This document shows positions 1 to 13,785 of a DNA stretch of 64,000 nt, in pieces. The notes under the pieces are model-generated. The model saw only the letters and a list, made by a program, of their open reading frames with translations, ran no database searches and was not told the origin of the DNA. This stretch comes from Lama guanicoe (Eukaryota). A program made the position numbers and the translations under genes. The stretch's first letter is position 1. Each line of letters starts with the position of its first letter. The DNA lies in NCBI GenBank assembly GCA_013239625.1, contig MU054187.1:9879231-9943230 (forward strand). Direction: 5' to 3'.

Positions 1-2
1 CG

Positions 3-125
<123 letters not shown>

Positions 126-3100
126 CTATAATTAAAGAAGAAAAAAGCAAGACACAAGTATTTCATACTTATCAGTATTTATTTCATATCAGTTAACTGT
201 TTCTAAAAGTAAATACTGTTTTTTGTGAGTTCTAGCTCAGTACCAGGTACTTAGAAAGTATACAATATATCTTTTTTTTAAAAAAATAAAATTGTCTATG
301 CTAATAATAGAGGAGGCTAAAGATGAGGCAAAAAGTAAGGTCCTGAGTTGGGAACCACAGAACTGGTCTCTATCACACTCCCCTAAATGGACCCAATCTG
401 CAGTTCAGAAAACACTACCTCTCTGGCCATCTATGCTGTAGAAGATGCACTGATCTTAGTGGAGCTTATGGAAGTTTACAGATTAAGGCTATTATGGAGT
501 AGTGAGTAAGCAGTCCCTTGACATTGCAAGAAATATATTCTGTTGCCTTTTATAAAGACTGCATATTCATTTTTAAAATCTGTAAAAAAACATATCAAAG
601 GGGAAAAGAAAGAAGAAAAAAATCACGTGTGCTTATCACCAACAGATCATATTTAATATGTTATATATCCTTCTGATCTTCTTTTTTGAGCATAGGCATT
701 TCTGTTTAAATTGTCATCATACTGTGAGTATAGTTTTGTTTTATGTGTGCCATAAACATTTGTGTATTTTAATAGCTTACAAGAAAATCGGCTTATAGAT
801 ATTTCAGGGAATAATTAAATTATTCCATGGTCTACAATCCAAGTGAATGTGAGAAAAACAGATTAATAGCCTTTAAGAACCAGATCTCTCAGTTTGCCAT
901 CTTCTCCTCCTCTTTCTCTTTATTTGGGTTTTTTTTTTCCATCCCATGTTACTATCTTTCTCCAGTGCCTTAACTTCTTTCTGTCATTCCTTTTCTTGCT
1001 TTCTCCCCTTCTGCATTTTTTATGTGTGTATTTTAGTTTAGCTACTGTTTAATGGAAGTGAAATATACTTTATACTTTGATTATTTCTTATCTATGCTCC
1101 AAATTTATCTGGTAAAAATCAAGTCTGTAATGAATTACTCAAAACAAGTAATGGAAAAACTATTTTTCGACTTTGTAGCCTGTGATTGATTTTTAAAAAT
1201 TCGATGGCCATAGGCAAAAAAAATAATAATAATAACAAAGTACCTTCAATAGAGCAAAAGCATTCTTTTAAAGCATGTTTTCCTGATAATAGTAGTAAAT
1301 ACTGATAATGACTAATTCTGTGGAGAAAGAGCTTTCTGGTTTTCAGAGCACTGCCATTTTTGTGATGTTGTACATATCTAGAGGGATTCCTTTTCTTTAG
1401 AATATGGGTATGAGGATTACAAAGTTAATTAACATTCCAAAGGATAACAGCAGGCAAACACCTATTATTATTCCATTTGTTTTCTTCAAAACAAGACCAA
1501 ACTTATCATAGGATATAAGGGAAAATTAGGAAATACAAATTACAGATTGCAAAGCCAAAAGTAACTGATAATGCATTTCCTGGTATTTTTATTCCTTCTA
1601 GCATTTCCTCACCTTCACAGCTTGGTACCGTTCATCTTTGTATATCTACTTAATCTAACTATTTGTACCTTCCATCTTATTCTCTGCTTGACCCATATTT
1701 ATTTTTGCTTAGACATTTCATTTTTTCATTTTTGGAAAAATTTCTTATAATTTGACTGAATTTATTTTTCAGGTTTTAGAAAAAAATTTTTACTATGAAG
1801 CTTTGATAAAACCTTTTACATATAAATCCTCCCAAAACTGTCATATCAAGGAGGTAACAAACATGGGACATCCAAGTATATGCCTGCATTTTCATGAAGA
1901 AATGATGTCTTGGGGGAATAATCAGAAGGTGTCCAGGTGTCCAGAACCCACTATACAGCACCTTGTAGGTCCTTTAATCTTCCTGAGGCCACTGTCTTCC
2001 TACATAAAGTAGTATTTCGAGTTCTGCCTACTTCATTATTCACCAGATATTTATTGAATCATGAGCTAAGTTTTGTACTAGACTCTGATGTATTAAAAAA
2101 TAATTTATGTGAAAAATATAAAGAATTATTTAAAATATATATAGGCAACCCTAAACTCCTGACACTGCTACTTACTATTCGATCTTAGGCAAGTCTGTCC
2201 TCATTTATAAAGTAAGGATAATTAGGATTAGTTGTGGTGGCATATAAAGTACTTGGAACAAAGCAGATAGGGAATAAATGTGTTAATTCTCTGCTTCTTT
2301 ACCTGCACTGTCACCCCTCAGCTTTTCTTTTAATTTTGGTCAACAGAGAGCAAAAATTGTTGTAAGTAAGAATAAGCTTCTGATCCACTGACAAGGAGTT
2401 GATTTCTTATAAGAAAGCTCTCTTCAGTAGTTATAACTTCACCCTTCAGTCCTGGGCCCTGGATTATGCCCTCTTCACAGCATTTGTTCAAAAGCTTTAA
2501 CACAGCCATGGTTATTTTATGTGAAAGTTTCACTATATTCCTCTTAGTTTAAAAACCTCTAAGAATGGAATTGGGCACTGCATTTTTGAATTTATATGAT
2601 AAAGAGAGTCCTGTACAGTTTTGTTACTTGTTCCTCGCTTGATAAATGACCCTCAACATACTCCTTCCAGTGTATGTTTATTTAAGACTAAACTAATCCT
2701 GTGCTGAAATATGATTACCCTTTGGATACGCTCTGGTTGTTTATTGCCTTCCTGTCTTTAATAAAATGCTTTCACTTTCCTGCCCTTCAATAAATTCCTA
2801 AAGGGAGCAGACACTTTTCTGGACAGTCTCTGTATGATAAATGATCATGTCATGCTATCACTTAGATGAGCGCTGCAAAACACTGAGGAGCCAAGTCTAT
2901 TTCCCATGCAGGGCTGGTGCCTGAGCTCCCGCACAGGCGCCTGCCGCACTGGCAGAGCTCTCTCTACAATTAACGATGGCCGCTGATCAACCTGTATTTG
3001 ACCAGTGTGCTCCAATCTTTATCGGAAACGTCTAGCCCAACTGTCCTAACTGAATCTAAAGACAGCCATTTGTCATCCCTCTGACTGCCTGTCATCATCT

Positions 3101-4084
3101 GCCTGAGAAAATCTATAATTTTTGGCTTGTTCCTGACTAAACTGTGGAGTGAATAAATTTATCTTTGGGTTACTCTGCTTGTCAGGATCAATATTGAGCA
3201 GAGGTTGAATACATTAGAAACAAGAGAAAACACAACAGGCCATAGTGGTTTGTTCGTCTGTGTCTTATAAATCAAATATTAGGTTATATAAGAGGCAGCA
3301 AGCATGTCAAATTTTTTATTTCCACCATTCATTCTAAGATGCTTTACTTCATGATAAATGGTCATCAGAAAACCAATGAAGTAAATCACTAATATATTTG
3401 ACTGTGAGATGAACTTTTCAGATCATTTTATTGATTTAGCAAACTTTGCAGATATAAAAACTGTAGGTAAAGATTAAAATCTTTTGTTATTTCAAATTTT
3501 TATATGTTTTTGCAACCATGATATTTATTTGACTTAATAGTGTCAGTAAACTAATGTTGGCTGTAGTAAAGTTCGTGGCTTGTCGAGCTACTTGCAGAAA
3601 TCCAAGTTTTATTATAAATGGTCAAGAATTTAATATTTTAATACACTGCTGCATTCTTATTTAAATGAGAAAAATACAAGGAAATATTAGTCAAAAGTAA
3701 ATATCATTTAAACTAGAGCCTTATGAGATAGAGAAAGGAGTTTCTGAAGTATGGACTACTGTTTAATTAAAAAGGTCTCTCCTCAGTGACTGATTTTGCT
3801 ACCCGTTTTAGTGGGGAGAACTGGGTCATCAAGCAGAGAGTTTCCTCAGTTATCTGCCTTTGGTCTCATACTTCCTCTTCCATTCCCATTTCTGATTTTA
3901 ATCAACAAAGGAAAACACCCACCTCTCTTTCCAAATTAATCAGCTCTCTCGATCCCTTCCCCTCTCCACAGGCCTCCTTCTTTTGGGATCATCTTTCTCT
4001 TGCATTTCCAGTCTCTCCCTCTGCAGCCTTTATTCCTATCTCTTACTTAACCATTGCTACACTTCTTGAAAGAGTAGTCCAGAC

Positions 4085-4240
4085 CAGTGCTTCTCAAACT
4101 TTTATGTGTTTACAAATCACCTAGGGATCTTGTTTAAAGGTAGGTTCTGATTTATTAGGTCTGGGGCATAAACTGAGAGCCTGCATTTCTGATGCTGATG
4201 CTGCTGATTCTAGGACCACATCTGGAGTTATAAGGGTCTA
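4085..4240. mobile_element. MER5-type hAT-Charlie relic
   Basis: CAGTGCTTCTCAAACTT...AATCACCTAGGGATCTTG...CTGCATTTCT...GGACCACA pattern. Confidence 0.7.
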
Positions 4241-4632
4241 GGTCACTGCCTCTGTTCCTCAATCACGGGGTACTCCTGAAGCCTGGTGCTTTTGAACAGG
4301 CAGTGCTAGCATTATCACTGAGCCATACACTGATAATTTCAGACTTTCTTAGTCTCAGTTCTTTGGAGCAGCTTATCCTGCTGACCTCACTGTTTATGAC
4401 TCTGTGATTCCACATTCTTGCAGGATCCCTGGAACCTGCATGAATCTTTGACCCCACAAATAAAAAACCTCTGACCACAGAAATCCCTGGTATATAAACA
4501 GACTGCTTTCTAAGAGTGGCTTTTGAGAATGGAGAACACATCTCATAAAAAAACCAAACACTGCTATACCTGGTGGACTGTTGCATGAATTAGCCCATAA
4601 CAATAATCTATCTAGTCAAAAAAAGCCCAAAG

Positions 4633-4799
4633 TCCTGAGCACCCAACCCCTACATCTCATGACCTTTCTCTCGCCTTTTGAAACAGCCTACATTCTAAGC
4701 AGTGTGTATCTCTCTAAATTAATCTACCTTTACTCAAAAACAAAAACAAACAGAAAACAAACAAAAACAAAAACAAAAAAAAAGAAGAAAAGAAAAGGA
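4633..4799 (+). mobile_element. Short polyadenylated retroposed insert with TSD
   Basis: About 103-nt body, A-rich tail 4736-4799, flanks AAAAGCCCAAAG (4621-4632) and AAAGGCCCAAAG (4800-4811). Confidence 0.65.
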
Positions 4800-7268
4800 A
4801 AAGGCCCAAAGAATATCTGTGCAGTGTTAGTGCTATCAAACTTCTCTGTAATTCATCACCATGTTTCCCCAGCACCGGAGCTCCCTCTGGGGATCAGGAG
4901 CAGGTGTCCCTGCAGCAGACCATCAGGGATCAATTCTCTCGCTTCCTTTTCTATAATCTACATTTATTCCTTTCAGACAGGGTTCTTCTTCAGTAGATCA
5001 CAGCAGAATGTAAAGTCATGGCTAGAAAAACTCTTTTTCTCCTGTAACCCACTACCTTCTCTATTTATATGCAGACCCTTTACAGAAAAAGAATGGCTAT
5101 GCTGATGGAAATAGTAAAACATCTGTTACACCAAGGAAGGAAAGGTCATCTGTATCTGAGAGGAAGAATCAGATTTTGTGGGAAGCCACACTGAGCATTT
5201 TATCATACACTCTGTCCTCCCATATGTCTCACTATAGTGTAAATTCCTTGAGGGTAGAGACCTTTTCTGTCTTATTTATCATGATATCTTCAGTGCCTAG
5301 AACATGTTTCTCCAACAGCCTAGAACACTGCCTGGCATACATAATATAATAAATATTTTTGAATAGATTAACTTGATGGTGAGGTTCCAGAAAAGCTACA
5401 CAGAGGAGGTGACATCAAAGTCAGTCTTAAAAAATAAGGGTTTGATTATTTAGTCATTAATCGTTAGACTGAATAATCAACAGTAATGAAGTCATTTATT
5501 TTGGTTACACATTTATCCTGGTTGTGCATTGTTAACATGGCCTAAGAATAATCATTGTAGGCAAAATTGCTTGGTCTTAATGTCATTCAGAAAATTTCCT
5601 TTGTGATCATTTAGAGGTTAACATTTTTGTCCTGTTAAACTCTCCTTTTCTATTCAGAGTTAAAAGCATAATAGAATAAGACTTTAAAAGTAATGATGAT
5701 ACTGAATTGAATCTTGGTAATTATGATAATTACCCAACAGCCAGATCTTTCAAGATATATTCATATATTCCCCACTTATTACTGAACATTTATTTGCCAA
5801 GCACTGTGCTTAGAACCTGGGCTTCAAAAACATTTAGGAAAAATACTTATCTTGCCAATTTGGGAAGCTGAAATTCTTCACCATTCTCTTTCCAGAAAAG
5901 TGAGCTTCTGTGCTTAGCCACTCTGTTCCCATTTCCCATGGGGTGAATGTAGAACACTGTGCACATTCCAAGTCTTCTCTACTTACTTAAGGACCTAAGC
6001 TCCAGGCTTTGTCACATTGATAGGATCACATGTACAATATATCTTATATAAGACTACCCATCTATCACAAAATCATATTATTGATACAAATACTGAAAAA
6101 TCATAGGAAAATTAAATAATTCTGATGAGTAGAAAATGCCAAATGAAAAGAAATATAGAAAAGCAGTCTAAAATTTAAAATATTTTTGAATGCAGATGTT
6201 ATCCCATGAACTTCTTAATTCCTTCATGTTGTAAATTGAAACTACTAATGGAGTCATGCTTCCTTATTTGTCTTTTTATTTTAAGCATCTACCGTGATTA
6301 TTCAATGGCACTTCAGATATTTGGAGGAATTCATTTGTAGTAGAATAATATTTCTTTTCATAATTATCTGCTGCTTACAGTAGTTATGAGACAAGCCAGG
6401 TAATAACTCTGAATTTGGAAACAAGGCCAGGGGTAACTTTTTTAGGGTCAGCAGGTAGTTGTCTGGAAGTGCTTTTGCAACAAGAGCTCAGTTTATGGGG
6501 GAAAGAAGCCTATTCTTCCTCCTGCTGTCCTATGTAAAGAAATTATATCACAGCTCACCGCATTGCCAAGACAGAAACTGGTCATGGCAACGGTTCAGCT
6601 CACGGATGTCTGTTTCTGGGAAGTCTTCCCTAGCCCCAGGCTAAGTTAGCAATCCCACAATACTTAGGAAGACAAGATCATATTGTAGTCTCATCACTTG
6701 TTCACCACAGGTTTTTTGATCCCTGGGACTGTTTCTCTCTTCCTCTGTTCTACATGGAGTAGTATAATGCCTGGCAAATATGGAAGTGCCAGATACATGT
6801 TTGAATGAATGAATAATTGAATGAATATGGCATGATATGGCGTAATATGACATGAATATAGCTAGTGCAAATCAGAATAAGTTAAAGATCCTTATTTGTG
6901 TTTCCCCAAGGACAAGCAGCCAGGAGAGAGTTCAGGTGTTGTCATAGTTACTAGAAGAAACTCATTCATTGAGAGATCAGAGTTAAGGGGCAAGAAATCT
7001 AGCCTCTAGTGTGAAACATTTGATGGAAACATTCTTCTCAGAGAAACATTTTTCTGTTGTGAGGGATGGAAGCATTGGGGTATGGAAGAGAAAACCAGGT
7101 AAGACGGGAGAATTATGAAAGTAAATACATTAAGAAGTAAAGATTCATAAACTAGTTTTAGAACAAATTCAGAATAGTTTTAAAAGTAATGCATTTTATA
7201 GCTGTTTAGCAAAATAAGTATTTTTCAATCACAATTTCATGTAAAAATTTAAAATTAATTTTTCTTTA

Positions 7269-7433
<165 letters not shown>

Positions 7434-8487
7434 TTAAATATTGTGTAAATAAACCAGAAATCCTAACCTGTGAAAAATTTAAAATTTAGCAGTTTAGGCT
7501 GTTTTGCTCTTTAGGCAAGAAAATAAAAATCCTTGGAGATTTTGTTTTTATGCCATATTTTTTTTCAGATGGAACTTTTAGGACTATAGTAATTGTAATG
7601 TAACTTACTATTTTTGCCTAAAGTTCCTTCATAAATCCAATTTTCCTCTTCAGGATATAAAAGAAATTTATAGGAAGAAGCCAAGAATCAAGAAGCAAAG
7701 AGAAAAAAGGTGTCCCAACAAACAAGTGATAATGTAATATAGAAAAAATGCTTATTTCAGTTTAAGCAAATTACCATTTTGTGTTAAATATCAGTAAGAT
7801 TAGTACTTACCTAAGAAGAAATAGTTTTTATCTTTGTTTTTCTAAAGAGAAAACATGACCAAGAATGAAAGAATATCTGGTTTTTATTTTTGTCTCTATC
7901 TTTCCATATAGTTTTCTCTTAATAATCCATATGTTCAGAAACCACTTAAAATAATAATTATCTAATTAACGAGAAGTTCAACATCAGCTGTTAATGAGGA
8001 CATAAATATACAATAGGCAACACTAAATCAAAGCCATCTTAAAATCTAAGGCCCAGGAATCTCAACCAAGATGGAGATTGCCCACCCAGGTGCCCACACA
8101 CAACCAACCTTTAGAGAATATACTTCCTGATACTTTTTAAGACTTGAAGTACAGCTAAAAAAGTATGCTTTATATTTAGAATTTGAGAATCTGCTTTAAT
8201 CTATGCATAAATGAGCAAGCAAAAATGTTTTCAGTGGCATTTTGTAATAAAACTAGCCATCCCCACAGTGGGGTCAATCTGCTTGGATCAGTTGAGGTTG
8301 AGCTGAGACACAGTTGATTCTATGGGATGGTAGAGAGGGTGGGATAGAAATCAGATCACTTCTTTCTTTTCTGATTTAAAGCACTACTCAGTTGTTACAA
8401 ATTTGTTTTAAAAACCTACTGCCCTCCATTTCTGGGCCCTTTGAAATAAAACCAATGAAATGTATTCCATTTACATCCATTGCCCCA

Positions 8488-8523
8488 CACATCGCAGAGT
8501 ACTAACCACTATACGATCACGGC
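8488..8523 (-). pseudogene. Tailless 5'-half tRNA-His(GTG) retropseudogene
   Basis: GCCGTGATCGTATAGTGGTTAGTACTCTGCGATGTG = nt 1-36 of recalled mammalian tRNA-His with one mismatch; 9-bp flanking direct repeat ATTGCCCCA at 8479-8487 and 8525-8533. Confidence 0.9.
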
Positions 8524-9071
8524 TATTGCCCCAGAATTGAAGGTAGCAAATCCTAACAAATCTTGGTTTTGAGGAGTAGTAAAAGCCTCCATGGTACCCT
8601 CTGGCTCCCTGGTTTCTCAACTCATTGTGAAACCTCTCTTTTATGTGACTGGGTGATGTCAGGTGACAGCCGGAGCATCCAGTTGGTGCTCCCAGATCTG
8701 CGTGCTTCGGACGAGGCAGAGCTGTATGTAGCACAGCCTACAAACATCAGAATCCCAGCAAGAAAACGACTTTTCATTGTAATGATTCTTTAGGTTTTTA
8801 AAATTTTTTCCAAATAATTGTGCACTCCTCTTTCCTTAGGCTTTTTTCCCTAAAATTTAAAATTTTGAGTCATGATAGTCATACCAAAGTCAAAATTTTG
8901 AATGAATTAACATCTGTATTAGAACTTCATACTCTACATACTCTGCCTTTTTATACTTTTCTCTTGATCCTTCCAGTTACCCTAGAGGCAGGCATTATTA
9001 TTTCTACTCTATAGCTGCTTAGTCTCTGAGAAATTATGTAGGAAAAATTAGTTTTAGCTCTCAAATTCTCA

Positions 9072-9374
<303 letters not shown>

Positions 9375-9437
9375 TCATGGTCTGTAAATGTGATAAAAAC
9401 GTAACAACTAAAAACATAACAACATGTGAAAATTATA

Positions 9438-9688
9438 CAGTTGACCCTCAAACATTGTGGTGGGTAGTGTGGTTAGGGGCGCTAACCTCCATGCAATAGA
9501 AAATCTGCATGTAACTTATAGTGGGCACTCTGTATTCCTGGGTACTCTGCATTCATTGATTCCACCAACCATGGATCCACCAACTATGGATCATGGATCA
9601 TGTAATACTGTAGTATTCACTATTGAAAAAAAATCCATGTGTAAGTGGATCTGCACTGTTCAAACCCCTGTTGTTCAAGGGTCAACTG
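9438..9688. mobile_element. Tigger2-like non-autonomous TcMar DNA transposon
   Basis: TIRs CAGTTGACCCT.../...AGGGTCAACTG with TA duplicated on both sides. Confidence 0.88.
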
Positions 9689-9939
9689 TACATGCAGAAT
9701 ATTCTCTTTATATTGAATCAATGAAAACTTTTTTTACATGATTCTAACACTGAATTAAATCTAAGAAATAAGTTTTTTTTTTTAAGTGAGAGAATTGGGA
9801 TAGTTCTATCTGTCAGTGTTCCTCTTATGTTAAGAGTGCAGAAGAATCATCTGGGTTATGGGTTTAATAATGAAGGTTCCTGAGCCTAATCCCCAGAGAT
9901 TCTGACTTGGTTACCTACGTTGGAACCCAGCAGTCTACA

Positions 9940-10108
9940 TTTTTTATTGTTGATGTGTAGTTATTTACAATATTGTATTAGTTTCAGGTGCACAGTAAAG
10001 TGTTTCAGTTATATATATATATTTTTCCATTGTAGGTTATTATAAGATATTGAATATAATTTCCTGTGTTATACAGTAGATCCTTGAAGCTTACTTGTTT
10101 ATATAGCA
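9940..10108 (-). mobile_element. L1 3'-end fragment inserted in a MER5-like relic (about 9835-10185)
   Basis: T-rich tail then GATGTGTAGTTATTTACAATATTGTATTAGTTTCAGGTG...CCTGTGTTATACAGTAG; MER5-like halves on either side. Confidence 0.6.
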
Positions 10109-10644
10109 ACCTGCGATTTTAATAAGTATTTCCCACCCCACTGTTTCTCCCCATTCTGAGGCCCTTGGCCTACTTTTTGAAAAGCCTGACAGTTTCTTCC
10201 AGTCTGGGAAAATTAAATCCACTGGGCCTCACTGTTTAACTAAAATCATTATAGGCAGTAAATGCCTTTTACAGTCAAATCTACATCAACATTATCCATT
10301 CTATGACCCTGCCCTTCTGAGATGTGTGAATCTGAAAGGCATAGAACTTATCTGGGTTTCATGGAAACTTTTTACACCAGTTGAGCCTACATAAGTATGC
10401 TTTAGGTATTCCTACAAGCCCTTAAGACAGCTCACCCTCCTGCAAAATAAAAGTTTATCACGGTTAATAAAACACAAATTGCCGAGTATTATAGGTATAA
10501 TAATTTATTTAGTATGAATAATACTGCAAAAAGAATAAAAATAAGGCCTGCTCCACAAAACTGCAGACAATGGAAATGCCTGCATACAAAAATATTACTG
10601 TAATGATGACAGACAATTACATTACTTAAAAATAAAAGCACTTA

Positions 10645-10812
<168 letters not shown>

Positions 10813-12015
10813 CTAAAAGGAAAACAAAAACAGGTCATAGTTTCACCTGAAAACTTAGAGGTTTGTTTTTAATACAATTTTTCACTTAATTACTTTACAC
10901 ATTTTATTAAGGCAAATATAAAAGAACAGTATTTCTCTGTTCTTAGCACAGTCAAAACGAGGCTAGAATTAACTGAACCTAATATTGTAAATCAACTATA
11001 CTACAATAAAAATGTTTGTTGAATAATGAAAAAAAAAGACTAGAATGATTACAAAATTAGTTCTAGGTTTTAGTATTCTGTAACCATATCAATAAAATTG
11101 TGTTTACTAAGAAAGATTTTCCCAGCGCAAGCCATTTTCCTTGGAAGCAATTAGGCTCCTCTGGAAGTTGAAGCATCTAACAAATTACTGCTTCAACACT
11201 GTGTAATCTTTCTGTAGGAATAAACCGTGGTTTATAAATCTGAAAATTGGAAGTCATCTGGATATTCAACAACACTGAATTAATAAAGAAACTAGGATAA
11301 TGCTGTTGAAGGGAATACCATATAACCATTAAATATCCTTTAATTTCTTTAGTAATAGCTTATAGATCTCATAATAAAATGAAAACAGTACACTCAACAT
11401 GACCCATTATCATAAAACATGCCTAGAAAAAAGAATGAAAGGACATCACCTAATGTTAATAGTGGTTTTCTCTGCATGGAAGGATTAGAAGTCAATTTCT
11501 TTTTTTTATATGTATTTTATACAAATGAACATCACATGCTTTTGAGATAAGAAAATAAAGGTATTTTTAAAAGTCATTTCTTGTTTGGTGGTATAGTTAG
11601 TCTGGAGTAAATAGGCAAGAGGTAGAGTGAAATTCTGCTCAAAAATATCTCAGCTTTTATTAACAAGATCTTTGAAAATACAGCCACATCTTAAGAACTT
11701 TAAATCTACAAGTTATTCTTAGTGTGAATTACTTTAACCAGTTTGCTTTCCTCCTAACAAAAGTCATCCATACTGAAGGAGCACTGACTGAGGGGACAAA
11801 AGAACATTAAATGAAGAGTCTCTGGAGAAAGCAGTCTGTGATAGTATGATGTGGCAGAGAGTTCTCTGGGCAACAAAAGAGAATTTTGGGCAGCTGGGGA
11901 TAAGGCTAACCTGAAAACTGGAAAGGAGTATAGAGGGGGGCCGACTAGGGTCGCTGTGAAAAAAGCCAGTTGTCTCAACTGACAATTTTGCTTGGGGCTT
12001 TGATGTTTTTTTTTA

Positions 12016-12046
12016 ATTCATTCATTCATTCATTCATTCATTCATT
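12016..12046. repeat. (TTCA)n microsatellite at an L2 3' end
   Basis: About 7 tandem TTCA units followed by L2-like sequence. Confidence 0.85.
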
Positions 12047-12708
12047 GAATTAATATTTATGTAAGCACTTAATATGAGTTGAGCACTGTACTGGAGGGGG
12101 TTTTAGAGTGATGTGAACAAAACAGACATGATCCCTGCCCTCATGTACCTTATGCTTCCGAGAAAATTTCTCTCTTCTATAGACTTTAACATTTTGTTGT
12201 AGACAATGGATACTGTACAATGGCCTAAAAGGGTTATTGCTGCCTTAGAAGTTTCCAACATTAAACTCGAAAATTAGCTTAACACAGAGTACATACCCAA
12301 GTAAACATAATTTTGTCTGATATAACTGACATAGTATAACCTACATTTATATAACTAGTCAAATTCTGTGCAAAAACAGATTTCACTGTTAATGTTTTGA
12401 AATATGGTACTTACGTATTGATTCTTAACGTTTTGTTATGTTAAAAAATTCATATTTAAAGGCAGTGGAATTATACAAAAGTAATTATCTTGGAAATTAT
12501 GGACATATACTTCCTCTAGTATGCTACACTATAAAGTATTTTAGGTGAACATACATATTTAACACATGTTTAACAGTCACAGTGGTATATTTTATAGAGA
12601 CTTAATTTTTAAAGTTTAACATCACAAGCAGGAAATTAAAATAAAAACATAATATAAAGCTGACTAATCAAAATACAGTTAATAAGTATAATCAAAATAA
12701 AGTTATTA

Positions 12709-12981
<273 letters not shown>

Positions 12982-13564
12982 CTAGGTATTGTTTTATGCC
13001 CACTTTCTAAAAATTAAAGGAAAAAAGGAGTATTATGTATATAACAATTTAGGAAAAATTATTTTGACTTGCTCTTTAATTTTCTTATATAAAACTATTT
13101 GATAAACTAGTTCATAGACATTTTTAGGGACATTTAGGTTTTTTCTAAGTTTTTCCCCTAATTCTTTTTATGAAAAGATTTAAAACACCAAAATTAACTA
13201 AATATACAATGCACATTCACTTTAATCTTTAAATCTTTTCCTCTCCCTAGTGTTACTGTGGATATCTTTTGAACGATTATTTTTCTCTCTTGGAGTTGCA
13301 AAGGACCTCGGTATCATCTAGTGTTCTCACGTGGAGAAACTAAGGCCCAGAGATTTGTCTCTAACTACTCCACTTAGTGACAGTTGAAAATGAGACCAGG
13401 TCTCCTGGCTCCATTCTCAATAATACCATCGTGATCATATTTATTAACCTCCCAAATCAGAACACATAGTGTGAAGACCTTAAGTGTATACACAAGAAGT
13501 GGTGCAAAATACTTGAAAATGGAGCTGGCCTTGGCGTTTTATGTTACTACAACTATAATCCAGA

Positions 13565-13785
13565 AAGAGGCAACATAATGCAGTATTTCTCAACTCAAAC
13601 TACCTGGGGTTCATATTTTGGCTGCACTGCTCACTGGTTAGGGAATCTTGGGCATGTTACCTCAGTTTCTTACAAAATTAGAAGAATAATGATACCTACT
13701 TCTAAGGGATATCGTGAGGATTACATGAGATAATCAAGTGTAGACTACCTGGTATATAAATCAATAAACGTTTGCTGTCATCATT
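13565..13785 (+). mobile_element. MIR SINE
   Basis: Core motifs CTTGGGCATGTTAC...AATAATGATACCTAC...GTGAGGATTACATGAGATAAT. Confidence 0.65.

Noticed and set aside
4581..5105. 174-aa ORF with a poly-Lys stretch
   Set aside because: Reads through the A tail of a retroposed insert; no ATG start or homology
8488..8523. Functional tRNA-His gene
   Set aside because: Lacks the 3' half (T arm/B box, 3' acceptor strand) and a Pol III terminator
8471..8793. Two overlapping antiparallel ORFs (87 and 76 aa)
   Set aside because: No recognisable protein or splice pattern; one simply crosses the tRNA-His fragment
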